Origin: Ophelia neglecta
Taxonomy: Eukaryota
Direction of reading: 5' to 3'
Assembly (NCBI GenBank): GCA_965285935.1
Contig: OZ260665.1
Coordinates: forward strand, 40,114,001-40,178,000
Length of the DNA: 64,000 bases
In this document: piece after piece, positions 11,251-25,700 of the stretch
Layout of the letters: every line of letters begins with the position of its first letter
Numbering within the stretch: position 1 is the first letter of the stretch
Notes under the pieces: generated by a model
Told to the model about the DNA's origin: nothing
The model's database searches: none
The model's input: the letters and a program-made list of their open reading frames with translations, nothing else
Position numbers and translations under genes: made by a program

Positions 11251-14200
11251 ATCATTTTTGGGTATAGAACACAATATCTGAAATATCCGATGTGTGGAGT
11301 TTTTATGGCTGACTTACAAAGAGTTGATCAAGCCGCTTTTTGCTTCAATTACGGATGACATAATCAATACTTTGTAAAATCGTGCGTGTTTCTTTTCATA
11401 TGTGTTATTATTTGACTGTATTTACTCGCCGATTTGTTGTTCCTTAAAATCTTTATGCCTTTTTCAGTTCGTGTAGTTGTATATTACAACTAGCTTGATC
11501 CACGAGATGACTTCATTTTCAATTACAACAGTATATAGAAAATAAGTATTAATATGGCTTCATAAGCAACACACATATAAATGTATATGGCTTTTAAAAT
11601 TGCTTACGAAGACTACCGATGGCTTTTTAATTTCAACTGATTTAAAAAAATAAATAAATAAAACATGATTTGTAACATGATTCCATGATCTTGTGGCGTC
11701 ACATGGGCAACATGTCTTTGATAGTGGAGTTATGAAAAAACTCTTGGATCTTTGGCGAGTGCCCAGTGAATGATATTTTGTCTGAGATGGAGGGAGTTTT
11801 AGTGTTTATGATTACTGACAGAATTTTAGGGCGGTTTGACATCTATTAATGCCCAGGCTGCAGTAATTCTCAATAAATTTTGATATATTTTGTAAATCCA
11901 TTTATTTGCGTTTTGTTGTAATTATATTCAACTTACTTTAAACATTCTGCGAAATGCACACATCGAAATGGTCCGGTTTCTGCTTTGTGAAAAAGAAGTA
12001 AAACCGTGAGTGGGTACCCAAGATTGCTCAATTAAATAAGGCCAGCTTAGAACATTAGAATCTCTTAGCACACATCAGTTTCCAAACCATAATGTGACAT
12101 AAGATTGTGACGGAGTTATATACATATTTATATGTAATTAACATAATACAATATCACAAGCAATGTGAAGTTGTCTAGATTTTCCATGATGTGGCTCAAG
12201 CAGAGGAACGAACAATGCGATTCGAATCTCAAGCACCACAAGTGGAAAATTGATTGTGAACATTCAGTCCACCTCTAAAGTCCAAGCACTGAGTTAAATT
12301 GGTAAGTGGGTGGAATAACTAATGCAATAGTTCAAAGTGTTGCGGAAATGGGGAAAAACAATTGTTTTATAAACACAGTTCCTCTGCGAATCATCTGAAA
12401 GACGAAAAAACACAAAACAATGAAGTATTTTCCATGTTTTGGCGTTTATTTTATTCGATTATACAGGAAAAAAGTAGATTACGGTCAAATTTGATGACAT
12501 GACAGGAAATTTCAGGGTGTCACATACGTTAGAAATACATTTTGTAAAGCAAGGAAAATACAAAGAGTTACGAATTAACCTGAGGCAATATTTTCAGAGT
12601 GATCAGTTATATGAAGTAAACCACGATTTTCTTTTAAACATCTGAAAAGCATCTAATGGACGAGAAAATATAGAATTTCCGTTTTCCTCATTATTACATC
12701 GGATTTGACTTTGTCCTGAAAAGTATAGGTCAAGGTCATGTTTGGTGGCACAAATGGTGTCGCTCCCTATATGCTGGCATTACATTATGAGCGCCGAGCT
12801 GTTAAAATAAGGGTAGAGCGAGGTATGAAATACCATTTTCAAACATGAGTGGATTTCCCCTAAATGTTAATCAGTTCATACCAAGGCTTAAACGTAAACG
12901 AGTCCGGAAAACTTCACTTTCTTAAGTTGTTCACATGCTGACTTCCTCGTGTTCGCAAATCTAAAGTAGTTTATGCGTTCTCGATCATTGTGTAAAATGT
13001 ACCAAGTGCCACCATGTTTCTGTAGGCCTAGCTGTAATATTACCATAAAAACGTTACTAGCTACAGCTTAGTGACATGTATGCAGTAAAATTGCTGAAAT
13101 ATATTGAACGTATAAATATGATCGTATAAATACGTTTGATATACCAAACAAGTGAAACTCGGGAGAAAAGACTCTTGTTTCCAGTAGGTAAAGATAAATC
13201 CATGCTAGCTCCACAAATGAATCCATCTCCTCGGGATAGTGGACAAGTTGTGGTTCTCAAACTACCGTAAACTGCACGAACAAGAATTCAACAATAAAAA
13301 AACTGAAGCAGTTTCTGGTCGGATTATTGAGAATTACACTGCATACGTGTCAACGGGTTACTGTCATTCTCGGAAAATGTTCTCTTACTTAGAAATATTT
13401 ATCCCGATCGATTGATGGTAGCATGACTAATGATGAACAAGACGAAGTTGCAAAAATGGTATTCAGAATTGGCCAGACTAAGGGTCAATGAAAAACAACG
13501 AATAAAACGATTATGGAAATGTACCAAGACGACGTCAATGTGGTATGACCTTCAAATGTGAAAATTTGGAGAAAACATTTACGAAGACACCACCAACAAA
13601 ATTATTAGTGCAAGTACAAATAAGTACATCTATATAGATATAGGGTTGTGTTTCAATGGCCATTATGGGATTTACTGCGGCACTCCGTTCCGTTTTTGCA
13701 CAGTAGGAAGTTTCTAATGTGCCATGCACGCCTTGCTATTCCCCAGCCTCTATTAAGAACCGACTTCGAGACTGTGACATTTGTCCTCCATTGGTTCACA
13801 TTTGGATATAGAGTTGGTTTAGCAGCCCTAAATGCCGGCTCGGAAAGACAGAAAAACGTCAAATGTTGCTTTCACCAATTGCATTAGGTCTCTGACTATT
13901 CTATGGACGATGTAGGGCGCCCAGCGACTTCGTTATGGGTGAATTGATGCCAAACTAATTCGATGCTGCTTGTCTGTAGACATTTGAAATCAACTTTCAA
14001 GAGACTAGTTCGGCCTACGAGAGACACGGTGAAGTAGACGTCGAACGAGGAATAACTGCAAAATTAGGCAATTTTGTCTCATTTTGGCCCGAAGAATACT
14101 TCAATAGTCCTTAACCAACAAGCAGAGATAATCCAACAATTCGGCAGGCTTTCTAATATAAAAAATAACCTTTTTATTACACACCTTCCAACCTTTAAAG

Positions 14201-16991
14201 ACCTTGTAAAATGCCAACTTCGTCCACTTCTATACCAAAGAAATCTGATATTTTTAACCAAAGCAGTATCGACTGGAGTTCGCTATTTCCTATTCGCGGT
14301 GAATAATTGTGTAATTTCATTGATAGGCCTATAGACTGAACTTTATGATGGTCTATTGTTGTAGTCAGTGCATTGTACTAAAGTCTCTTAATTTTGTATT
14401 ATACTATTTCGCGGAACAAAGTTTGGTATAGCCGGAGGCAATGGGCCCCTTAATATTAATGTTTGATAAGCAGTTAATAAAAGGAAAAACCTATAAATAT
14501 ACTTTTAAAAGCCTGTCGATTTCTGGAATGGAATCATTGTATTTACCGCTACAGTCAAGATAACGAATAAAATACATCATGGATATAAGGCAATCTATAA
14601 ATTGCATCAATTCGATCAAATCTTATTTTTTTTACTAAATGATAGGTTGCTTTCCACGCGTTAACTCACCAATCAATTAAAAGCAATATAGTTAATTTGC
14701 TTACGTTATTAGTTTCCAAAAAACATGGGCGATGACTAGATTGTGCCTACTGGTGCACAGCAACAACGTAGGCCAGGTTCCCTCTAGCGGCAGACAACAG
14801 AAGCGCCATGCCAACCAACTCAAAATAACTGCGCCGCCATGGAAATAAAGCTCGTTGACAATGATGATAATGCGTCACGAACACTCTATATCAGTGATTT
14901 TTTTGAACAAGTGCGCCTTTAAATGACAGCAGCCATTTTGAAAAGAGCATATTTAGGAGTGAGCTTGAGCGAGTCGAGATTCTTGTCTTTGATTTAGACG
15001 TTAACGTCGTGGCAGTAGCAGATAGGCCACAAAGCAGGCTTTGGTCGAGGCAAATCGATCGGAGAACGCATTAGGGCGGGTGTCGGTGAATAGTCGTGAT
15101 TCAGGAGGCGAGTCGACAACACAACTGCCCTCATCGTGAGATATACGGGCCTCATTGGGCCCGAACTAGGCCATGGGTAACGCTCCAGAAAGATTATGTC
15201 CCCCATATAATCACCCGTCTTCGGCAGCAAGAGGTCGGGATAGGGATGCTCAAAAATGGCATTAACATGTACGTGTTAGTTTGCGGGTGATTACTTCCAA
15301 AGCTTAAAGAAATGTTTTTGGAGCGGATAGCTTCAATTCTATAACTGGCTGGACTGTTAGTTGGCATTAATAATCATGGCAAAATCATAACAATATCGAT
15401 ATAATGTGTATTGTATTGGAATGTTATAATTCGTTGTTTGCGTTACTCGCTTCGTAACCGAACGCTGAGCCATCGACACATTACATTGTTGACACTTTAC
15501 TGTAGCTACTGCAATAAATCAGAGAAGAGGCAGTCGTGTGGGCGACTGTGAAACCCACGTAGTCCTCCCCTGGGCCTGCCAAATTCTCCCTCGGGCCAAC
15601 GACTCCCTGGAGGCCAATATCCGTGCACAAGATGAGAAAATAACATTAATTATAGCCATGTCTATCCCCCAGTCTTAGTAATCAAAATTCTCACTGGATA
15701 TGATCAAAAGAAGTCTAAAACAATATTCAATTAACGACGGTCTTTATCGTAGCTTGCCCTCCGTTCGATGATAAAGGTGTTTTTAATTTCATAACTGTTT
15801 GTGTAAAAAGGTACGCAGGCCTAAAACGAAACCTACGGGTATTTAAAAACAACTTAGTTATCATGGGAGCTTTGTATTTATTACGACATCTACACCTTAC
15901 ACGCGGGTGGGGTATCAGATAACCAGACCATCTTTGGGGCGGATGCACCAATTGAAAGCACACCTTTTTTTGGCTGGGGGAGGCAGATTGAATCTCACCA
16001 TGCGTTTTGTGGGGACTTTGGTCAAACGAGATTTCACTTTACCGCTTCTGAGTTACATTTATCGCTTTGAGTGGTAGCTCTCTAACCCGAAGACTGACCA
16101 CGACCACGCTGGCTATCTTATATACGTGCTGGCCTCTGGCGGTCAGTGATCAGAACTTCTCGCTTCATACATTTATAGACAGAAAGAGTGGCGTTCAAAG
16201 AACGGCATAAATTTATCGAGGTACTATCTTGTTAATACTTCCCATGATAAACTCGCGCTTTTATTTTGATGGCTGGTTAATATAACCCAATAATACATGC
16301 CTCTTTCATTATCAGGCTAAGCATTTAATAACTCATATTTACCACAGTTTACAGAAAGTATCGTTTTTCGTCCAGTGGTTTACCTAGGTCTTGTTATCGA
16401 TAGACGAACGTATTTTTCGCGTAAATAATTACAAGCACATAAGTATAATTTAACGCTTTCGAACTGAAAATTGTTCAGGAATGTTCGCTGCAAGAAGTTT
16501 GGGAGCAGTGCCGGGGAGGGGGGGGGGGGGTATGGGGGTGTAGTGTGGATATCTAACTTAAGTCTTCATGTATGTGATCCATGATCGAAACAAATAAAAT
16601 CCCGAATATAAAAATAAAACATACTGAAAAATAAGGGAATATATATCACACGGGAATTTAAGCAGGGTCCAACACGCTCCCATTGATCATGAGATTGGTG
16701 ATTGTGACCTATGTTGCACTTCATTAGATTTGAGAAACCCATCGATTTCATCTAAATCATTGCAGGTAATTGCCTCATCATGTTCACAGGGAGCATTCGT
16801 GGGTCGCACTGCCGCGAACTTTGAAATAAGTTTGACCCAGCCTGTATGCTCTTGTGATCTGACACTTATTCGGACACTTACTCCAAAAATAGGAAACACG
16901 ATGCAATACATGTGTAACAGGGATATATGAGCAGATCATGGTCACTCAACCATGATACCCCACACTCCTACTAGCTTGGCAAGAAGGGGTT

Positions 16992-17220
16992 ACCCCTTTG
17001 GCCAACTTGGTATAGCTGTTGGCTGGAGAGTGAGAGGTTGCCGGTTTAAACCCCGCTGAGACCACCGGTTGTTACACATGCAAGCTTTAATAGCATCACT
17101 GTCCTTACCTTCCGGGTTTTCCATGGCTACCCTGAAGACATGCAGTTAGATGAGACTCTGCCTTAAACCCTAAATTAGGGTCTGCCTTGAGCACAGAAAC
17201 GATTCATAAATTAACAACCT
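16992..17220 (+). mobile_element. tRNA-derived SINE (V-domain-like)
   Basis: A-box-like TGGCCAACTTGG 16999-17010 and B-box-like GGTTTAAACC 17043-17052 at tRNA spacing. TCCGGGTTTTCC...AAGACATGCAGTTAG (17111-17149) resembles the V-SINE core. No complete cloverleaf. Confidence 0.6.
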
Positions 17221-20179
17221 GTGGGAGTTCAGCGATGCATTTTGGCATAGGTCACGTGACACACGACAGCCAATCAATCAATAGTCCACTTCAAGCGTTG
17301 TCATGGTAATTGCCTCCGGTGACGGCGACTAAAGCACCCGGTTTCTTTCGAGATCAAACACTTACTGAAGAATTAGGAGTTAATCGGAGAATATTGAGCA
17401 ATCACTCTTGTCACAAGTAGAGCAAAGGGGCAGAATGTTCTGCCAAAACACGACGTTAGATTGTCGGCTAGAGTCACACTTCATCGCGTCACATGTTTTA
17501 TTTTTGAGCATAACAGGTTTTGTTCCTATTAAAATAGCAAGGAACAGTATCCTAATCCTTTATAAGTGGAAAGGTCAAGGACTAAAAGTAGCAAACGCTG
17601 AGAGCACTCTCAAATTATGACAATTACTGTAGGAGCAGTCACCAATTACAGCGCGCTATGGCAACTACAAGTTACATACGTCATCAGCGCCGATCTTCCT
17701 CCAGCGTTTATCTGCCAACGATAAACACCGCTGACGAATCTGGTACGATGTGTCATTAGTTAGATAAAGAAACATATCTTCTAGAAAGATTAGAAGATAT
17801 TGTCAATTCATATTTTCAATGTACCCGCACTGCAAAGAACAGGAAGAGAGCGAACATACGTGAGTTTCGTTTGATGACTAGAACTAGAGAGCAATAATCA
17901 TACCTTTGTTCATGAAAAGTCCATACCGAAAGGCTTTCTATGAAATTGGCTATGCTTATGAGGACAATTAACTTCTAATTTCCCTTTTCACCTTCAAAGC
18001 GGGTTACACATTGGCTAAATTCCCAAGCCTAGTCTTTTAGTGGTAATTACTTTTGTGTGAGCGGATTCAAAAGGAGCAAGGGAAGGACGCCAATTGACTG
18101 AACAGAAAGAAGATGGCCATTTCAGAGGCAAGAGAATTCAATTTGAAGAACATCAGAGCGATTACACGCACTTATTTATGATAGGCCTATTACTGAATAA
18201 GAAGGGGGACTCACAGGGACATGTTATACCGTCCTTGTTGCAATCCTTTGCACGAAATGGACGAAAAAGATGTCCAAGATTTAGTGTTTCGCATATTTTC
18301 TTCCGGGCACTGCGAAATATATGTGGTCAGGGACTGGGAGGACATTTCTCACTCAGTCGGTTATTTGTATTTTCATAGTATTTCTGGTCAACATTGGGCG
18401 TCTTGAAATTGATTGTAGCCCATGGGCTTTTGGCATATATTTCCAGTGAACAAAGTGCGTTAAAAAACAGAGGAACGGACCTCTTGGCAATAACATCCAT
18501 TTTGGGTGAAAGTTCAACTGACCTTTTGATAAAATACGATGTGAAATCGTGCGTTTATCAATATAAGTTGTAAAGTAATCCTATAATATCTGGCCCTTGG
18601 TCCCTCCACAAACACACAAATGTACAAGAACAAGGTTGTTATCTCTCACTACCTCTCTCACCCGTGTCTCATTCTCTATACGATCATTGCCCGAAGCCCT
18701 TGGCGAAATTGGAAGAAAGTAAACAATTTCCATATAGCTTTTCAAGCGTCCAGGCTTCAGAACTGCTGTACAGAGCTAAAATCGTGGATGTTGTCTTAAG
18801 TGAACAATGGAATGGTGGCTCCCCCGTTAGCGATTTATTTCTTAGGAGGAGTCATCCTGGCAAATCATTTCATTTTGTACTAGTTTATTGGATATGGAAA
18901 TAAAAAGAACTTGACTTGAATAGTCTATAACAACTTGGTTAAAACCTGTTCCCAAAAGGCCGGATTTCTTTCTTCAAATGAAGAATAGAAGGCCTTATGA
19001 CTACCAATTGACACCAAAATGCGAAAAAAAGAAGGATATTGATTGAAGCTGTAAAACATGTTTGACGAATAGGGTCTAAGCCTATAATTACGGCAGTTAA
19101 GGATGAAACTTCAGTACGAAAACACGTAGGCTGAATAAAATAGCAAAGAAAAAAGTTCCCATTTGGGTCGAGGCCAACGCCAATAATTGAATTGAGATTA
19201 TTTACCAGAGTACATGTTCTTCCCTTCAACCAAATGGATAGACTTTGGTGGAACAAGCTGCCTTTTAGTTTGAAAAGACAACAACAATTACGAAACTGAT
19301 ATAACACAGTGTAAAACCAATTGATGGTGCGACATGGCACAAAGTATCTTACATGTGAACCCAAAGAGCATGCAGAAATTTCTGCCAAATACGCAATTGT
19401 TACTTTTTGTAAAAAATGTCAAATTTTCTCCAACGAGTGTTCAGGGGTGTAGGTATTATAATATCCAGAAAGTCGTGCTCAGATAAAGACCCCAGTTTAT
19501 ACCTAGTCAGGCTCGATCCACCAGAAGCCGATAAATCTGTCCCATGAGGGGGATAGCAGTATGTTAAACTACCGTGTAATGGGATTGTAAGACCCGCATA
19601 TAAGCTTATCTTAATGCATTAATAAATTCACATTTTTTTCTCATTCTTTAAAATAATGAACGACAAATATCACTTTAGCTATGCCCACAGGCTTCAACTT
19701 AAAAGGTATTTATTATTTTGAAAGAAAGGGGTATTATGATTCAATTTGGGAAGTACAATCGAATCTACTTATTTTCATTTTAAACAATTCACACTGCAAA
19801 GTACCTTTTCATGAGCAACTTTACAATCCATATATGAGGACACGTTTCTATAATCAACACTATTTAATTTTTAAGTTCATACCTTTCATAGTGGACTTAT
19901 TACTTCTATAGACTTGATGGTGACGGCACTATATGAGGGCGAGGGCTTATTGGGAATGATGTAAAACGGCGGTTATCATATCATTTTCAAATTGGTAAGT
20001 GTGCGGGCAAAAGACGTTTCCGAGGTAATTCTGCCGAGCTCAGTAGGTTGGTATTCTGCCTTAATAAAATTTACCCTCTCCTTTCATGAGTTAAATCTTA
20101 GCAGACCGTAAGCCTCAATCATATGGGGCTCTAGTCCCTCGAGGGCACATCGCGGAGAATGTCCACAAACTGCAATTTC

Positions 20180-20430
20180 ATTAGTTACTATGGCAGTCGT
20201 TCTTGCGGTTGGAGGCACTGCCACTCCAAATCAATGCAGGGTCACAATTGACTCGGTTCCCGCACACGATGGTTTGCCGCCATGTTTGACGGCCATTCGG
20301 CACAGTGCGAGTCGGCCGGACTTTTCTAAGGTATCGCCCAAACCGAGCGCTTCGTTCTTCCCGCAATAATGCCCCGAGTCTAAACAGAGGCTCCCGCTGT
20401 CGTGTGTTTCAGTTTGTGTCGGCTGGAAGG
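20180..20430 (+). promoter_or_regulatory. Candidate distal promoter of nAChR alpha gene B
   Basis: CpG-rich patch in AT-rich DNA, YY1-type GCCGCCATGTTT near 20277-20288, initiator-like TCAGTT 20409-20414, followed by a donor at 20708. Confidence 0.45.
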
Positions 20431-20708
20431 GTTGCGATAATGGCCTTCAAATGAACACCCGTGATTCTTTATTGTGGCCGAATGCAGCGGAAGAAATTTA
20501 GACCTGTGTTCCTCCTCTGGCGCGAGGAAATCGAGCACTTGTGGGAGACTTGTAGGGAGCGACAATCAAGCGACAAGTGCTTTCTATGGCAATTTCCACA
20601 AGTCGGCAGCTCATAATTTTGTTATCAGGAGGAGAGTATGGCATTTCATTAAAGTTCAGCCCGAGTGTGAGTGGCCAATGTGGTCTTCAGTTGGCCCCAA
20701 ATGAAAAG
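20411..20708 (+). other. Putative non-coding first exon (5' UTR) of gene B
   Basis: Starts at the Inr-like TCAGTT and ends at AAG|GTTAGT. A matching acceptor gtttttttacAG| at 21653-21654 lies 97 nt before ATG 21752. Confidence 0.45.
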
Positions 20709-21751
20709 GTTAGTACTTGTTCAATGACTCTTGTCGGTGCAAAGTAGACCAAGAGGGTGTGTGCAAAAGAGTATGCGTCCCCGATAGTCTCGCTCCAGTA
20801 CATGTCATTTATGATAAATCGATCCTATGATAATCATATTAAAGGTATATAATTAGAGGAAATACATCTGATCGTGATATGAATGTCAATTGGCGTCGTG
20901 TCCACGATCTACAATACTTAATTCGATTGCCTTATTAGTACATGACATTGTAGGCAATGTTGCAAGAAGTTGCACAAAGGGTGTGTAATTATTCAACCCT
21001 GGGCTATGTTCTGAGCTATGTTTTAACAAGTTTTCACCTTAAGACAGGTGTATTGACTTGTGAATTCCACGTGGTGTTCCCTAGCAGCTATACAAAATAA
21101 ATATCCCTTTTAATTCTATAGAAACGTTCATATTCTCCACGCTAAACGTTGTCCATCAACAAACCAAACGGACACCCGGTCTCAAATTTTATTTTTCACT
21201 TAACATAAATGAGCATAATTGTAGTAGATTTATATTAATCTAGATCTCTTGTTCATTTCTCTTAGGCTTATGATTGCTTCTTTTACCTTCTTCATTATAC
21301 TGTGTTCGTGAACACTCTATCATTGTATGCTGAACTGGTTCATTAGATATCAAGACTATTTTCTAAATAAGTGCACAATCTTTCGGCTCGAATTCGCGAG
21401 GTCTTTACCGTCGATATCACTAGGAGAGCGTGTATGCCTGGGGCAGCCACGCCTCGCCCATGTCGTTCTGTTAACAATAACTAAGTTAAGCCTTCCCCTA
21501 CGGCAAACATCTGGCTAAAGTGTGAGAAAGAATCCTGCAAAACATGCAACGAGTTGGGAAATTAAATTTGGCCGTCATAATATTGAGAAATGAGTCTATG
21601 AGCGTGTCCGAATCACCATGGTCCGAAAATGTATTTGATGACGTTTTTTTACAGGCTGACATGTCAAGATTAAATGTGGACTTGCTACTCTGAAAGAGTC
21701 ATTTTAGGAATATCCGGAGTTATCTTCAAAAACATCGGAAGCCGTAGCAGC

Positions 21752-21818
21752 ATGGCGCCAGCAGCAAGACACGTATTTGCTGGCGTGGTTTTTGTCGGCT
21801 GGGTTTGTCTTCTCCAGG
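21752..21818 (+). CDS. nAChR alpha gene B, coding exon 1 (signal peptide)
   Basis: AGC-ATG-G Kozak context, MAPAARHVFAGVVFVGWVCLLQ, then a phase-1 donor G|GTGAGT. Joins in frame to the phase-1 acceptor at 43056 to give ...[17 protein letters not shown] weaker in-frame ATG at 21674 would add 26 residues. Confidence 0.75.
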
Positions 21819-22434
21819 GTGAGTAAACTTGATCACTTCCTGCAGTTTGTTTAATGTATACCACTATGAATGGTAAACATAAAGCATGTTCCCATTTTTA
21901 TAATAAGGTGATTCGGATCAATGTAGTATGTGCTCTGACACGCTATTTCACGACAAAGCCCTGTTAAACATGTCTCACTAGCTATACGTCTGGATATTGA
22001 CGCACCATTATCAAGAAAAGCAATTTAATGCTTGGTAATCCATAGTGTTCTGTAGATGGCGGTGCCGCCTCAGCGAACAACAGACCAAATGATGGGAACG
22101 GTTCAGTAGAATGGAACCTCACATCATTATTCCCCACGTAGCCTATACTTTATCAGAATAGTTGTTTATCGCTTGTTCAAAATTGTGTTATACCGGTTGT
22201 TCTGGGAAGCAGCAGACGACCGATTGGTGTATCCAGGTCACTGTGTCCTTACTTTCCTGTCGGCTACGCAATCCCTTATTCCATCAACCGAGATCTGTTG
22301 ATCGTCCATAATTCACCACGTTTGGACCGTTGGGGTTCTTCATTAGCAAGGCCTTATACCACAATATCCTTGGTCGTTATTTTGCTTTGCGATTTGGTGC
22401 CTCTTGCTGTCTTTCATAAAGCCCTTTACTTAAT

Positions 22435-22748
22435 TCCGGCGCCGTTCGCCGAATTCCCGGTTTATTTTTTTATACTGCATTTCTATTTCTTCAGGTGTCT
22501 TGTTTATAAGCCAAACTTTCAACCAATGCACCGGGGTAATGTTAATATTCAAAAGTAGGTTTATGTCATTTATATTTATCGAAGAATACAGTAGATTGCT
22601 AATGAAAGGACTCAACTTTCTTGATTGCAACACAGTTGGTTGTCCACACTGCGGGGGCCGTTCGGGAAATTGTACACAAACTATAAGTTCGAGACAACGT
22701 CCTAATCGGCAATGAAGGGCCTGTGAATAATGAGCGAAAGGCGCCGGA
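22435..22748. mobile_element. MITE-like element with 15-bp terminal inverted repeats
   Basis: TCCGGCGCCGTTCGC (22435-22449) and GCGAAAGGCGCCGGA (22734-22748) are 14/15 complementary. Interior non-coding; no clear target-site duplication. Confidence 0.45.
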
Positions 22749-25700
22749 CCTATCATAGGAGGACACTGCTCCCAATCTTATAATGACAATGGGTTACTAG
22801 GAGGCTAAAGGCAATACATCTTCTCTAAGAATTCAGCGCCTAGGACGCCATTAGCGCACACCTAGAGTGCGCCCGTTTGGACGTCAGCGCGCATTGGACG
22901 AATTGTTTGATGTAAGTGGGTTAAAGAGTCTGGCCGAGGCGTCTATAATAGTATTTCAAGGTCACCCTAAAAAACATAAAGGATGTTTAGTTTTCGAATG
23001 TTTGGTGGCATAATCATACATTTTCTTTTAGTTAAATGGCAGGTTGTTCTTCTAAGGTATGGGCAAGACTACAAATAGTCTGGGGTTATTCGAAAAATAA
23101 TTAAGTACACCAGTATCTCCGGATTAACCTAAAGTGCGTAACTGTATAATATACTTTTATATTAATATGCATGTCGGAGTAACTTATCCTTCTTTTCGTA
23201 TTGTGGAACAATGGGACCACATTTTGTTAAGCCAATTAGTTTGTGTAATTATTTATACTTGTATACAACTTATCCAAGGTTGAGTGCCGATCCCGCTAAT
23301 ATGTCTACAGTGTCAGAGAACGTTTGTATTTAACTGGATTCCTTGTTCAACCACAACTGTAACAACAACAAACTACTCTAAACGACTATATCGTGCCAAG
23401 TATACATTGAGAGCTTTCGAGTTAATCATTCTGATTTAGTATTCAACATATGGACAAGAGGTTAATAGTTGCATGGCAAGGAAGTTAACATGGAATTTAG
23501 TGTTAGGCAAGCAATTTGGCTTTTTTTATAACAAAACTCCTTACACAAACATGACCTGTCTACCGACACGTATACATAAGCACATTTGAAAGTAAAATAT
23601 ATTTGTTTTAATAGGTGTGTTATGAAACTTTTGAAGCATTTTGCATATTAGGTTGGGCTCTGCTTAGAATTGCAGCAAGACACCATGAAAAAGGACATAA
23701 ACATCATGATAGTATATTGTTTTCGTGTAAAACTTAATATTTGAAAAAATATGATATTGCAAGTTATAATTATTCAGGTATCTTTAAATTCTTATTTGGT
23801 TTAAACATATTTGATTGGGATCCGTCGAATAGTCCATGCCTAGTGTAGTGGTCCCTCCCTAAATCTCCACTTTATACTTACCATATCTATAGCAATATAT
23901 GTGTTATCACAACCTAGTCGTGGCCATCATAGTGTTTTAAATGGCTGTTTAAATGGATCAGGAAGACTCTAAATGTGTCTAGGAAGGATATGGGCCAAAG
24001 ACTGTTTCCTTTTCTTAACATCAATCACGGCTAGCAATTAAGACAACATAAGACCAGAATACAAAATATGCCTCCAGATTTTCAGAGTTTCTTTTTTTTT
24101 GCCCTAGAAATCGTAATCCCGGATCGTTATGGGTCGCAGACTTGTTTGACAGGTGGCGGCTGGGAACGTCTCAGAACCGGCTACTGGGGGGGATAAATAC
24201 GTTAAAAATCCCTCGCCGATGATCATTCATCAAACTTGCGGGGCGCGAAATCCTACTGAGGTTTTGCCAAAGAGGATAATACTGAATTTGGAAAGCTGAA
24301 CACGTTCGAATATGGGGCCAAATTATTAATAAGTGTCAGAAAGTCTGACGGTGGAGAGTGATTTGAGCTTTCATTCAATACCTTATATTGGCAAAGGTGC
24401 CGCCTAAATCATTGCAGAATTCTATACGGTGTCTGATCCCCATTCTGGCAGCAACATGCTAAGCGTACATTTATACAGAGTGCCTCCCTTGCACATGTAT
24501 GCATGTATCATTAGATGATTTCATTACCAGCGGGCGACTGATTTCCTCTTTACCCCTGGCTGAAGTTTCCACATGATGGATGTGTCGCGCGATTAAAAGC
24601 TTGAGCGGCGTGAAAGAAATGTGAAAGGAACGCCAAGTCCTTCGGTAGCCTGAGTAGCACAGCCGAGAGCAACGCTGCTTTTGACTCCATGATCCTGTGT
24701 TTGCTTAAGGCGGTCTGCAGCAATTAAAAGTCCCTCGGTAGTATAAAATAGGATGGATTGAGTTGAGTAACCTATGAGGAGTAATATTCTAAGAATGATC
24801 GAATCTCGTAGGAAGGCTGCCTTATCGTGATAAATCACAGAACAGTGTCCTTCAAATAATTGTTTGTAGGTTGTCCCATGGTCGTATCCTTAACAATGTG
24901 CCTTCGGCACTGCATGTCCAGTGATACTTTATTCGAATTAATTGATCAATTGTCACTTGACCATTGTTTCCGGTAAGAAGTAGCATACCTAATACTTAGT
25001 AGATTCTTTTAAATTACAGTTATGTATGTAGATGCAAACATGAACCAGGCAATTTTTAAGTTTTTCTGCTTCAATTAATTGAATGGGTTGTTCATTATAG
25101 AAGTCGCATTAGTATCCAGCTAAATTGCATTCGGCTGTAAATTTGCTGCGATTAGTCTGACATGTTCTAGTTACAGACTTAATTCGCCTTTGACGTACAC
25201 TGGTGGCATTCATTTCGAGTCTCTGATTGCATATTTCTCAAGGGAGGGCATGCATTAGGGACCGGGCTTTGGTACTTTGCTCTGGAAATTTCTTATAGGG
25301 CGTAGAACCTTTCACGGGTCGATATTATGTTGTGTTTAAAATCGACAATCTGAGTCACATTAAACTCCTCTAATCATTGGACAACTCTTTTCAGGTTAGA
25401 CTATTTAATTATGTCTATTCATATATATATACATATATATCTATATTTGCCAACTTTGCGGGAATTGGTTAGCTTTTTTTCTGTCGACGTCTTAATTTTC
25501 CTCTTCATTTTCAAACACGCCAGTGGATACCCGGTGGACAATACAATATACGAAACAAGCAATAATTATCTGTACCATATTGAAATTTACCGCATTGAAT
25601 TATGAAATAAGACCATTGAAGCCCTGATAAAATGTCTTTTAGGCAATCTAAACATACGTATCTTTTGGAAATAAGCTGCTGCCATGAGCTATTTATATTA

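Noticed and set aside
16992-17065. tRNA gene
   Set aside because: A/B boxes are degenerate, the stems do not close, and a SINE-like body follows.
18939-19388. 149-aa minus-strand ORF and neighbouring ORFs at 18.1-18.9 kb
   Set aside because: Non-ATG start, no recognisable domain, no splice support.
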